From positions 378,386,001-378,450,000 of the forward strand of contig OZ024741.1 in assembly GCA_964016885.1 (NCBI GenBank): a DNA stretch of 64,000 bases, in the 5' to 3' direction. Below are positions 27,969 to 39,399 of this stretch, piece by piece (positions within the stretch are counted from its first letter, which is position 1; each line of letters starts with the position of its first letter). The DNA comes from Eledone cirrhosa. Taxonomy: Eukaryota. The position numbers were made by a program, and so were the translations under genes. The notes under the pieces are model-generated. The model had not been told where the DNA came from. It did not search any database and was given only the letters and a program-made list of their open reading frames with translations.

Positions 27969-28809
27969 CTATACGTCTGTATACAAATATGTATGTACGT
28001 ATACATGCTTATATTTAAGTAACAGACGTACTAAGAGTGAGAAATGAAATTTCATTTCATTTTTTCCGTTTATCTTTTCGGTGCGCCCGGGCGATTAACT
28101 CGCTCGATATGCAAACTAGGCTGCTCAGCTGTGAATATTTATAAGGAAAGTATATACTTTCAGACGATCAATCATCTGGCAGGAAGGTATACGATGCTAT
28201 ACGAACTGTCTCATGGTCGGGTCGTTGGCGACTAAACTGTGAAACCCCACCAAGATTTCTTGGTGAGGAGGGTGACTTTGGACATCCTGCAGGACTAAAA
28301 ACAAAACCTGTCAAATGAGCTCTTACGAGTCAATGGCCATCCAAAATCACCGGGAGAGATGACCCCTTAGCCTTTGTCAAGGCAGAATTCTAGGAGAAGG
28401 AAAACTCTGATATAACACCTGCAACTCTGATGGTATCCAATGATGTTGACTTGTTCTTCTTTTTGGTAAATATCATCTTGGTTAAGAGTGAGAGACTGGC
28501 TTTGTGCAGTGCCTTTGCTCACTATAAAAGCTTCACGGCACAGGCATTGCTTTATATCTGGAGATCTCTGTGCACTTGTCGTCACATGGTACCATGGGCC
28601 CAGCACTATGTGTCAATAATTGTCACAAGTGTAGTGTTTGTACCAGAGTTTTCAAGTCGCTGGCTGGACTAAAAAGTCACACTCGTTCAGTGCATCGGTA
28701 GGAGTTCTCCTACATGGATATAAAATAGTGGCCGTACTCGAAAACGAGTTGGCAGCCACCATATATATATATATATGTGTATATATATATATATATGTGT
28801 ATATGTGTG

Positions 28810-28850
<41 letters not shown>

Positions 28851-28863
28851 GTGTATATGTGTG

Positions 28864-28909
<46 letters not shown>

Positions 28910-28939
28910 AACAAAAGATGGTTAAAAGAGTTCCATGTA

Positions 28940-29006
28940 TTTTATTATGCGCATTTCAAAAACAAACATCATCATGCAATAATATTTGTGTTTTCATCAG
29001 ATAAAA
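28940..29006 (-). ncRNA. Type I hammerhead ribozyme (inverted copy)
   Basis: Reverse complement of the motif at 29185-29251. Confidence 0.85.
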
Positions 29007-29184
29007 CAGGAGGACATGATATGAAGGTTAAAAAACACTTGTGGTTAGTTCAGTTTTAAATCAACATATGAGAAGTGGTTTTAGATTGGTGTGTGATATT
29101 GGGAAAGATATTTTATTTCTCATATGTTGATTTAAAACTGAACTATCCACAAGTGTTTTTTAACCTTCATATCATGTCCTCCTG

Positions 29185-29251
29185 TTTTATCTGATGAAAA
29201 CACAAATATTATTGCATGATGATGTTTGTTTTTGAAATGCGCATAATAAAA
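29185..29251 (+). ncRNA. Type I hammerhead ribozyme
   Basis: TTTTAT-CTGATGA-stem II (ACAAATATTATT/GATGATGTTTGT)-GAAA-TGCGCA-TA-ATAAAA. Confidence 0.85.
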
Positions 29252-29379
29252 TACATGGAACTCTTTTAACCATCTTTTGTTCTTATATATTATGTATACT
29301 CCAGTCCTACAAACTGTAGAGTGCTTCTTATCCGATATCTGCATTGCTTTATTGTACTACAATAAAACTCACCTCCTAC

Positions 29380-29442
<63 letters not shown>

Positions 29443-30006
29443 AGTATATATATATATATGTGTATATGTGTGTATGTGTATATATATATATATATGTGTG
29501 TGTGTGTATATATATATATATATGTATGTGTGTGTTGGGGGGTGTGGTGTGTGAGTTTGTGTGTTTGTGAATGTGTCTGTTGACATTTGGAATATAGCTT
29601 AAGAGAAACTTGAATATAATGGTATGATAGGCACTCAATATTTTGAACTGGTCTATAGAATTATCTAGGCCTTTCTCTAAGTAGAACCTTAAATAATTAG
29701 CTTTTAAAGCATTTTCCTTTTCTTTAAATCCATCAACCATGACTGACCTCCAATGATCTTATAGACACTTGAAATATAGGCAATGTTAGCTTAAGAGAAA
29801 CTTAAAAATAAGGAGTGGCACCCCATTCTGAACTTCTTTATAGAATTCTTTCTGCTTTGTTACCTAAATATAAATTATAGCTTTAAAGAATTTGCTTTTA
29901 ATGAATTCCCTTTTCTATCAAGCAATGACCTCTACCCATCACACTTACTACTCTCTCCTACCACCTGAAGAGGCCTATAAATGCCATATTTATTTTTTGA
30001 TATCCC

Positions 30007-30055
30007 GATTCCTGATGATTTCTAAAGAATGAAACAGTTTTAGTCCTGTAGAATC
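30007..30055 (+). ncRNA. Type I hammerhead ribozyme
   Basis: GATTC-CTGATGA-T-TTC-TAAA-GAA-T-GAAA-CAG-ttttagtc-CTG-TA-GAATC: all three stems pair, GUA cleavage triplet. Confidence 0.8.
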
Positions 30056-30142
30056 TCATCTATATTAAAACTTGTATACTCTGCTATGTATTGAGTACCT
30101 TACTTACTCTGGTTATCTCCGATTCAACCCAGAATTATGTAG

Positions 30143-30180
<38 letters not shown>

Positions 30181-33100
30181 TGCACTTTTCTAAAAATATG
30201 CAATACACAAACCCCCAACATCAACAGTTTTTCAAGAGATGGCAACACGAATGGACCTGTTATTTTTCCAATTCTACCCCCCCCCCCCCTTCAATCACTC
30301 TAATTTCTCATTCTTTCTTTTCATGAAGTACTAGCTTACTACCTTCCGAAATATCAAGACCCTCTTCCTGTTATTTCAAGCTTAACCTAATATATTCTTT
30401 CCATATACTGTACCGATTGTGTTGCTATTTGTGTTGTTATTTACCTTTTCCATATATATATATATATACATATAAAAATGTGTGAGTGTGTGTGTGTGTA
30501 TCTATATATATCCGTCTAGAGGTAACCTTATAGGAATCATCCACCCCCACTAACGGTCACCGTAGAAGGATAAATGCTCAGTATTTCGAAGTACGTGCAC
30601 GCTAATGCTTTCGTGTTTAACCCAAGGAACGCCAATAAGGATATAATATTCTAACTTACATAGAAATATACAAAAGGTGGAGTTGAATTATAATGGGGAA
30701 AGAGAGAAAACTGTGCATGTTTTGTTTAGTACGAGAAACATTTAGAGTGTATTACATAGATTGTATGTACAAAACAACTGTACTGCTTTATCCATAAACT
30801 GGAATGCTTTATGACGGGTGGTTGTTTAATAGCGAGCCGTGCTTCTCGACTGAGAAGCTGCATCAAAATCCATGTAATTTACACATACTCAGTATTTACT
30901 GATGAGTCAGATATGACTGTCGTCACGGATAAATGTTAAATTAAACCCCCTTTTTATTTGACACACTGTTCTGGGGGTTAAAATTGTTTGATTTAGGTGT
31001 ATGCGTGTGTACGTAAAGGTGCGTGTGTATTTGTGTCATATTGTGAGAATAAAGAAACATTATATAACATACATCTAGATACACCTCTATACGTGTGTCA
31101 ACGTAATGCTATACTTGATTTAGTGTGATTGAGCAAATTCTGTTTTCATAAATGTAATGCAACTAGTCGTGTGCAAGGCTCAAATAAAACACCCTAATAT
31201 TGTCAGTTAATGTAAATAAACACGCCTTGACAACTATTCAGTTAGAACGTACTGATGAGTACTGCCCTGATCTTCATGGAATTCCTCGGATACTTGTACG
31301 AAGGCAGCATGGAGTTCCTACGTTTGATGATAATTTTCTTGAGCCCCACATAATGAGAATATTACTTCAGTTTTAGATTAGTCTACTCTGATCCCCCATT
31401 GATATTCCGCTAGTACCCTCTTTGGCAGATGTTGCTGTCACTATATATCAATATGTCAAATTTTGTTCTGGTAAATACTGGGCAAAAGCAATCTTATGCA
31501 GTTATCACAGTCACTGTCGTCACACGTCCTCTTGTAGATGCTTTGTCTGATGCGATAATCTAAAACTCGTTAAGTAGCTTATCAAAATGTGGTAGAAATA
31601 TGACTCTTGTCTTATGAAGTTAAGCATGCCATTTATTGTCACAGTATATTTTCATACACTTCGTTTCCTCATGTATAGCGAAATAAATTTTCAAAATGAA
31701 TTTTTAAATCATTGGAATCATAGCTATTTTTTTTGTGACATTTCTTTCTTGCTGGTAATGATTGTTGTATTGGTAAATACATGTGTAAAATGTTTCTATT
31801 CTGAGGGACAGATTTTAATGTGATACAGTTATATGGCAATTTACAAAAATATTTTTCTGTGTGTATTGTTATGAAATCTACCATATTTATTGTTATAATT
31901 AGCCCAATAGATTATTTTTGAAATGTTATTTTATCATACGAGTGGCGATGAAATAATCTTCTCTTCGAAATATAAGAGCATATTTCTGCTCTAACGTTTC
32001 ATCCTACTAAAATCATTAAATGTTTCGCTTTCATAATAATGACGTTTTGGGAAAATCAAAAGAAATACAATGACACTATTTATGAACAAAATATTAGACA
32101 CACTTTCGTACGAACTCCCCAAAGTCTAAGGTTTGCAATGTTGTTTTATTGGTTGAAAGAAGAAATAAATAATATAATACCAAATTGCTGCAATGTGTTA
32201 CATTGGTCTTTGTTGATATGGTCTGACTTTTCTATGACAGATTTTTTCATGTTCAGAGCGAAATTGCATTTCTTGCACAGCTTATGATGAAATCTACTTA
32301 GCACTTACGAACTATAAAAAACACTCAGCTTCGGCGATGGTGATTGTACTACGTTTATGGCTACTGCACACAAACATGTTGTTAGCCTTAAATATAATAT
32401 GTGAAGTGTGTTGAAACAAATATTTTATATGGAGGCTACTGGCAATGCTTTCATTGGAATGTTTATGGAGGTACATACATTATTGCGGCAAAAGGAAGAA
32501 AACGTTGGGGCAATATTGAGTTTAGTAATATTTAGTATGTATTTTCCTTTTCCCATAAGGAATATTTATGTTTCCCTTTGTGAAATTTCAGGGAATTATA
32601 AAGGTTGCTGAATTATGTTTAAAATATTTCAAAACTGTTGAGAATTTTCAAAATACGATATATACCAACAGGCAGTAGGTATTTAATAGAAACTCGTCTT
32701 ATTAGGATGTAAATTAATAAGCAATGTTAAGGTATTACGAGAAATGAAGGAACGGGTGACAATATCATCTCTCAGAATAAATCTCGGTGTACTTACGATG
32801 AAGCGATTATGAGCCAACTTGAAAAACGTCTACATTTTGCAGATCTGCAAAACTAATTAAACTGATGCATGGTGCAAATAAGACTTCAATAAATGCAGTA
32901 TATTCAGCTTCAATATGAGCAATACTACGACATCAACCTTCGCATTGATTACTAAAGGATGTATTTGGGTCCTATATAGATAGAACAATTCTCGAAATGT
33001 ATTGCAGTCACGCACTGATGTCGAATTATCTGCTGAAGCGTCTGCAACCTATTGGGAGGATTAAGATAGACACACAAACTTTGCGTATCACGAGACCCCA

Positions 33101-33264
33101 ATTATGGTTTAGAAGGGCACATATGTTAACATTTGGTTAGTCGGACCTGAAAATCCTTACTGGTAAGGAGCAGAAATATGTTAAAGAACCCCCTATACTA
33201 CCGGCTAGACATAGTCAGTGTTCAAACATAGATCCTTCCTCGAGAAGTCACAGGCGATTTTCAT

Positions 33265-33410
33265 TTAGGTAAGACAGAGTCATGTATTCTACTGACCGAT
33301 TTCAAAGCATATGTTAGCACCGGTAATGTATTATGGAAAGAAGTATTTGGAAGGAACGATGATTCTGATCTAAATGCGAACGGGATGAACTAATTGGACC
33401 TCTGTGGTAG
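33265..33410 (+). mobile_element. RTE-type LINE endonuclease fragment
   Basis: Translates ESCILLTDFKAYVSTGNVLWKEVFGRNDDSDLNANGMN*LDLC, matching ILLGDFNAHVG...W..VIG.....NENG..LLDFC. Confidence 0.7.
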
Positions 33411-33594
33411 GGGTGTTAGGGAGGGAAGTTTTTGTTCGAGACCTCTGAAGATCCTCCCAATTGGAGTGACGACCTCAGCATTGTGGGGAAGATTGAAACA
33501 TGTTCCGTGGTGTGAGTGGTCGTGGTGAATGCTAGATCCACTAAATTAGCCTCGATAATAGGAAATGTCCTCGTTGAAGCATGTGTGATTTCAG

Positions 33595-33978
33595 GTCATC
33601 ATCATTATTGAAGCTTTTACCATTCAAAGAATTTTGCAAACTTCTACATAAATGGTAATCATATGGTGCAGGATCAGGAATATATGGTGGATGTGACATC
33701 ACTTCCCAACAAAGTCCCAATAAAGTGTTTACGTGTTAGCAAAATGTGAGGGGTCTAGTGTTGTCACTAGATTTGCCAATTCTGGCCGTTTTTCTTTGAT
33801 TGCTTCCTCCAGTTTCATTAGTTATTGACAGTAAACATCTGAATTGACTGTTTGGTTACTTGGAAGTAGCTCAACATAATCAACACCTTTGTAATCCCAC
33901 CACATGGACAGCAAGACCTTTTTTGATGCAATTCTGCTTTCGCTGTGGTTTGTGGCGGTTCATTACGTGTGGACCATC
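33595..33978 (-). pseudogene. Mariner transposase relic (catalytic region)
   Basis: KAELHQKKVLLSMWWDYKGVDYVELLPSNQTVNSDVYCQ*LMKLEEAIKEKRPEL..WEVMSHPPY.PDPAPYDYHL.RSLQNSLNGK (YSPDLAPxD motif). Confidence 0.9.
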
Positions 33979-33999
33979 GAAAACGAGTTGGCAGCCACC

Positions 34000-34032
<33 letters not shown>

Positions 34033-34076
34033 TCCTGTAAAGTCGAGCAACCCACACAGCAAACGCAACCACAACA

Positions 34077-36398
34077 ATGGAAAAACACTACCTGGATATG
34101 TCACTCAAAAACATACCAACCCAAGGTAGAAAGGAATATTTATTGAGCATGATTCAAAAAACTAATGAATTCATTCGACGTGTCAGGTGGAAAACGCTCC
34201 ACTATGATAGAAGCCGTATGAACTCAACATTAGAAAGTGGTGTAAACAACAAATTCGGTTTTAGGACTTGTAAAAACCCACCCACCAACCCACTATTAGA
34301 TGCATTTGAGCAGGACCTTATGAACTTAATCCTTAAAATTAAATTCAAAGGACGCAACACCAACAGCAAATTACAGAAAGATATAAAAAAACTACTGGAC
34401 GACCTTAAAAACACCAAAGGAATTGTAGTAAAAGCGGACAAAACATCAAACCTGTACACTATGGATTGCACTACATACAACAACTTCATTCGAAAAGAAT
34501 TACATAAAAAATATAGAAAAACGAGTGAAGTAACCCTTAAGCACATCAATGATGAGGCATGCGAAATAGTGAAAAATCTCGGAATCGAAGATAGGACAGG
34601 ACCACTCTTACCGGCGGTACCCACCTTCAATCTTAAGGACCACAAGGTAAACTTTGATAATGACCCTAAAATAAGATTAATCTGCCCCTCTAAATCAGAT
34701 ATAGGTAAAATAAGCAAATATATCTTAGATAGAATCATCCCCCAAATTAAGGCTAAGGTTAACATTAAACTCTGGGGGAAGACCCAAGAAGCAATAAGAT
34801 GGTTTAATAGCATTAGCAATAAGAATAAATCTAAGTTTATCCAGTTTGATATCGATGAATATTACTCATCGATATCACCTGAAACTTTGAATAGAGCCAT
34901 TAAGTTTGCTAAGGATAACTCTGACCTTACAAACGATGAAATTAAGATTATATTAGAAGCTAGGAAAACTATAGTCAAATTTGAGAACAGTTATTGGGTA
35001 CGTAAAGATAGACCCTCTAACTTTGACATAACAATGGGCTCTAACGATTCGGCGGAAATAACTGATATTGTGGGGTTATTTATCGCCTTTAGACTCCATG
35101 AAAAATTCAGCAATCTCCACGGCGGAATATACCGCGACGATGTTCTCCTCCTAGCTAAAAACCTTAATAACCAAAAACTAGAAAAACTACGCAAAGATAT
35201 AAGAAAACTACTACTCGAAATAGGACTAACTATAACATATGAATACAACCTTAAAGTAGTTAACTTCCTGGATGTCACACTCAATTTAAACTCTGGTTTG
35301 ATTAAACCGTTTCATAAATTGAATGAAAATCTCAAATACGTAAATGTTGGGTCTAACCACCCCATCTCTATAATTAAATCTATCCCTAAAAATATTTCCC
35401 TTAGAATCTCGGGTCTATCTTCTAACATACAAGTATTTAAGGAACACGCCGAGTACTACGATAACGCCCTTAGTAAAGCAGGCTACCTCAACAAAATAGA
35501 GTACATAGATGGGAACAATCAAAACACCCAAAATAAATCCCACATAGGTAGATATAATAACACAACACCAAACCACACTTACTACCATAGTATGCACACC
35601 AGTAAACCAACAAACAAAACTAATAGAAAGCGATGCAAAGAGTACTTATGGTATAACCCCGAATACAATAGCTCCATTAGTACAAATTTACCGGTACTCT
35701 TCTTTAAAATAATTAAAAGACATTTTCCCACATCACACAAATACCACAAAATCCTAAACCCTACCACTATAAGACTGTCATACTCTACAGCGTTAAACCT
35801 TGAACAACACATAAAAAAGATCAATACTGGAAGGTTAAACGAAAACACTAAGAACTTAAGTACAAAGAACCCCAAAAAAACAGTAGACAATACACTACAG
35901 AACATAAATAAACCACACCTAAGTTCGTCCGCAATACTACTCCAGAGAAAACCCAACGTACACAACTGTAACTGCACCTATCCTGACAACTGCCCCCTCG
36001 GCAATAACTGCCTGGAAAAAAATATTATTTATAAGTGTACCATTAAATCCGGAGGCAACGAGTGGTATTACGTGGGATCAACGGCAACATCGTTTAAATC
36101 TCGATTGTATAGGCATTCTTACTCAATAAAACACCAGAGCCAAAGAAATGTAACAACTTTAGCAGAAAAAGCTTGGACGCTCAGGGATAGCAATCAAAAG
36201 TTTACCCTAAAATGGGAAAAATTAGCTAAAACCCAAAGCTTTTCCAGGAGCCAAAATTTCTGCAAATTGTGTAATCTTGAGATTTATTACATAATCACAC
36301 ACAAGAAGAAACTGCTGAATAACAGAATTGAACGAACATTATTCTGCCGTCACAGAACTAAAACCCTTCTTTCCCACTACAGGCCGAATATTACATAA
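34077..36398 (+). CDS. PLE reverse transcriptase / GIY-YIG endonuclease, 773 aa
   Basis: ADKT, KDHK, QFDIDEYYSSI, TMGS, GIYRDD, NFLDV; linker CNCTYPDNCP (CxCx5C); endonuclease IIYKC...YYVGST..FKSRL..H; CKLC; no internal stop. Confidence 0.93.
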   Translation: MEKHYLDMSLKNIPTQGRKEYLLSMIQKTNEFIRRVRWKTLHYDRSRMNSTLESGVNNKFGFRTCKNPPTNPLLDAFEQDLMNLILKIKFKGRNTNSKLQKDIKKLLDDLKNTKGIVVKADKTSNLYTMDCTTYNNFIRKELHKKYRKTSEVTLKHINDEACEIVKNLGIEDRTGPLLPAVPTFNLKDHKVNFDNDPKIRLICPSKSDIGKISKYILDRIIPQIKAKVNIKLWGKTQEAIRWFNSISNKNKSKFIQFDIDEYYSSISPETLNRAIKFAKDNSDLTNDEIKIILEARKTIVKFENSYWVRKDRPSNFDITMGSNDSAEITDIVGLFIAFRLHEKFSNLHGGIYRDDVLLLAKNLNNQKLEKLRKDIRKLLLEIGLTITYEYNLKVVNFLDVTLNLNSGLIKPFHKLNENLKYVNVGSNHPISIIKSIPKNISLRISGLSSNIQVFKEHAEYYDNALSKAGYLNKIEYIDGNNQNTQNKSHIGRYNNTTPNHTYYHSMHTSKPTNKTNRKRCKEYLWYNPEYNSSISTNLPVLFFKIIKRHFPTSHKYHKILNPTTIRLSYSTALNLEQHIKKINTGRLNENTKNLSTKNPKKTVDNTLQNINKPHLSSSAILLQRKPNVHNCNCTYPDNCPLGNNCLEKNIIYKCTIKSGGNEWYYVGSTATSFKSRLYRHSYSIKHQSQRNVTTLAEKAWTLRDSNQKFTLKWEKLAKTQSFSRSQNFCKLCNLEIYYIITHKKKLLNNRIERTLFCRHRTKTLLSHYRPNIT

Positions 36399-37330
36399 AA
36401 GAGGGACATCCCCCAACTATATAAACCTTAATCTAGTTAGAAAAATATAAAAACAATCTCTTCTCAACATATATTAATAACCTTAAATTACCATACTAAT
36501 AATGAAAAGATATGCTGATGAGAATAGGTACAAATATGCGATAATGAATGTGTCTAAAAACGTCCATAAGTATGTATATATATGTGAAAATGTATATAAA
36601 TAAGTAAATATATATATATGTTTGATGTGTATAGTTAGACGTAAGTGTATTCATGTATTAAAGTGCTTATATATATATATATATATGTGTGTATGTGTAT
36701 ATGTGTGTGTGTGGGTATATGTATATATATATATATATATATGTGTATGTATATATGTATATATATATGTGTATGTATGTATGTGTATGTGGATGTGTAT
36801 GTATGCGTACGTGTGTACACATGGACTAGAGTATGTATGTATATATGTGTGTGTCTATACGTGTGTATATATAAAGATAAGTTGAGTATGAAAATGTATA
36901 CACATGAGCGCGTATGTATGTACATGAATACATGTGTGTATATATATGTGTATGCATGTATATATGTAAGTATGAATATGTGAATTGTGAGTATATGTAT
37001 TTTGTAGAGGTGTGCAAATATATTTGTGTGTGAATGCGTGGGTGAAAGAATACGTACACTTGAAAGAAAAATTTAAGTCTGAATGTTAAGTGCAAAAACA
37101 AAAAACCAACCACGCATATCTTTACTATCTCTAATCCTTCTATAGATTTAGAAAAATAACCAATAATATATTCCATAAAAAATGTCAAAACAACAGATGG
37201 GAATCTAATTACTCACTGCCACCAAGAATTCTCACTGCTATCGAAAAACCACTCCTTCAACTATTCTTCTAACAACTTCACCCCTCCCTCCTAATATTCT
37301 CTATAAAAACTAAATAGGTCCTCAGTAATA

Positions 37331-37447
37331 TTATTCTGATGAAATGACAGTAAATAATAACATTGAAATATTGAATGTCTGCATAACTAAAAGTTTGTAG
37401 ATAGCTGTTTTAGGTTATGTAACTGTTATAGAAACACGTGTCAATAA
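37331..37447 (+). ncRNA. Type I hammerhead ribozyme with long stem II
   Basis: TTATT-CTGATGA-A-ATGACAGT..~70 nt..ACTGTTAT-A-GAAA-CACGTG-TC-AATAA. Confidence 0.82.
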
Positions 37448-37499
37448 ATTCCTTTCAACTAAACTGTATCCATTCAAATCTTTCTATATATATATATAT

Positions 37500-38565
37500 A
37501 TATATAAATGAAATGAATAGAAAACGCTGCAGCGAAAAGCGAACACCATTCCATAGTATATAAGTGACTATAGCGTCAAGATGGGAATAATAGTGCCAGA
37601 AAGGGAATTCTAAAGGGAATTCTAAAGCTGGCCAGTCCAACATCATGCGTGATCACGAAAAAACGCACATGAGGAAAAAATGGCTATTGACGTCAGAATG
37701 AGACGAAAGTTTGTTTACAAGAAACAACAGTTAAAAACATTCCGAAAAACACTCTACAGTAAGGAGTTCAGCAAAATGCAATATTATGGCAGTTTTTTAT
37801 AAATAAAAACCGGGATTAGTCACAAATAATTTAAGCACTCGAGGAAAAATCCGAGTATAAATATATAAATGAAAGGTATAGAAAACACTGCAGCGAAAAG
37901 CAAACAGCATTCCATAGTATATAAGTGACTATAGCGTCAAAATGGGAATAATAGTTAACGTAAGATGTGGGAAAATAATTTAAACTCATCTCAAAGAGAA
38001 TCAGGATATAAATTCATCCACAGAATTCAGTGAAATCCAGGGAAAATCAATAGAGTCTTAACTTATGATAAAATAAAGTTCAAAATACCTATCCTTCAAT
38101 TTGGAAAAACTTCAAATGCTCTGTATAGTCGTAAGACTATTTCATGAAAACTTTCAACGGAGATGGTCACGGTTGGAATTCATCATCAGCAGAGCTCAAT
38201 TCGATAACCAGGATTATCACAGATTAATATGCCAAAAAGGGAATTCTAAAGCTTATCAGTCCAACATCATGCGTGATCACGAAAAAACGCACATGAGGAA
38301 AAAATGGCTATTGACGTCAGAATGAGACGAAAGTTTGTTTACAAGAAACAACAGTCAAAAACATTCCGAAAAAAACTCTACAGTAAGGAGTTCAGCAAAA
38401 TGCAATATTATCGCAGTGTTTTATAAATAGAAACCGGCATTAGTCAAAAATAATTTAAGCACTCGAGGAAAAATCCGAGTATAAATATATCAATGTAAGG
38501 TATAGAAAACACTGCAGCGAAAAGCGTCAAAATGGGAATAATAGTTAACGTAAGATGTGGGAAAT
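37500..38565. repeat. Local direct duplications
   Basis: 37595-37975 is repeated at 38230-38565; block tagaaaac.ctgcagcgaaaagc..gcgtcaa.atgggaataatag occurs three times (~37518, ~37879, ~38503). Confidence 0.9.
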
Positions 38566-38579
38566 ATATATATATATAT

Positions 38580-38626
38580 ATAAGTATGTACACGTACATA
38601 CATATATGTATACAGACGTACAGTAG

Positions 38627-38670
<44 letters not shown>

Positions 38671-39103
38671 CATGCACACATATATATATGTACGTCTGTG
38701 TTCACCGAACATTTATTATAATGCTCGGTGTGTTTGTATCAAACATCCCGAATTAAGCCGTACAGTGTTTAGCAACCATCGTTGCTCTTTTGTTCAACAC
38801 TGACAAAGGAACGATGTACTAGTTTCAATCTCCTGGCAGGAAGGTATACGGTGCTGACGATAGTTAATAAGCTTGAAACTAGTACATCGTTCCTTTGTCA
38901 GTGTTGAACAAAAGAGCAACCATGGTAGCTAAACACTGTACGGCTTAATTTGGGTTGTTTGTTTACAAACACAGCGAGCATTACAATAAATGTTCGGTAA
39001 ATCCATACGGACACACATATTTATATATATGAGCATGTATGTATATATATATACATACTACTGTACGTCTGTATACATATATGTATGTACGTATACATTC
39101 TTA
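38580..39103. repeat. Long inverted repeat (~240 bp arms) with a hammerhead at the junction
   Basis: 38580-38828 is the reverse complement of 38873-39103; 39060-39165 also recurs at 27970-28072. Confidence 0.9.
38848..38890 (+). ncRNA. Minimal type I hammerhead ribozyme
   Basis: ACGGTG-CTGACGA-T-AGTT-aata-AGCT-T-GAAA-CTAG-TA-CATCGT. Confidence 0.82.
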
Positions 39104-39399
39104 TATTTAAGTAACAGCCGTACTAAGAGTGAGAAATGAAATTTCGTTTCATTTTTTTCCGTTTATATATATATATATAGTGGTAGAACACTGGAAGGTA
39201 ATATCCGTAGTGGTAGAGCACTCTGTCCATGGGACGTGTTAGGTAGAAGTGGTTACACAAAAGTTATTTAACCATACAGGAGGATGAGCTGCGGCTCCGC
39301 TCAGGTGAAACAATTCCTGTCGGTATGGTGAACAAACTGTTCTGTAACTACTTCTATATATATCTATCTATCTATCTATCTATCTATTATTACATACAT

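Larger units (their letters stand above)
28903..29380. repeat. Inverted pair of hammerhead-bearing repeats (PLE pLTR-like)
   Basis: 28903-29074 is the almost perfect reverse complement of 29118-29290; flanked by (TA)n on both sides. Confidence 0.92.
34030..37484 (+). mobile_element. Penelope-like retroelement (Naiad-type) with intact ORF
   Basis: Single long RT + GIY-YIG ORF, ~1 kb 3' region ending in a hammerhead, (TA)n tracts on both sides. Confidence 0.88.

Noticed and set aside
28205-28440. Possible RTE-type LINE 5' UTR
   Set aside because: Only a general resemblance; no linked coding motif.
29965-29990. CTGAAGA-GGC-loop-GCC upstream of the 30007 ribozyme
   Set aside because: Followed by ATAT rather than GAAA.
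30894-30935. CTGATGA-GTCA-gata-TGAC hammerhead-like half
   Set aside because: No GAAA or stem III after stem II.
31245-31325. CTGATGA-GTAC...GTAC-GAAG with possible stem I
   Set aside because: GAAG instead of GAAA, and no convincing stem III or NUH site.
33430-33595. Possible LINE endonuclease fragment (VDLAFTT, minus strand)
   Set aside because: Single short motif; insufficient to call.
36511-36568. TATG-CTGATGA...AAAAAC-GTC-CATA downstream of the Naiad ORF
   Set aside because: Stem I and the first core half are present, but the essential GAAA and a clear stem II are missing; at best a decayed hammerhead.
39276-39320. Possible SECIS element (AUGA...GA)
   Set aside because: Helix II too short (18 nt between quartet halves), no apical AA, and no UGA-containing ORF upstream.
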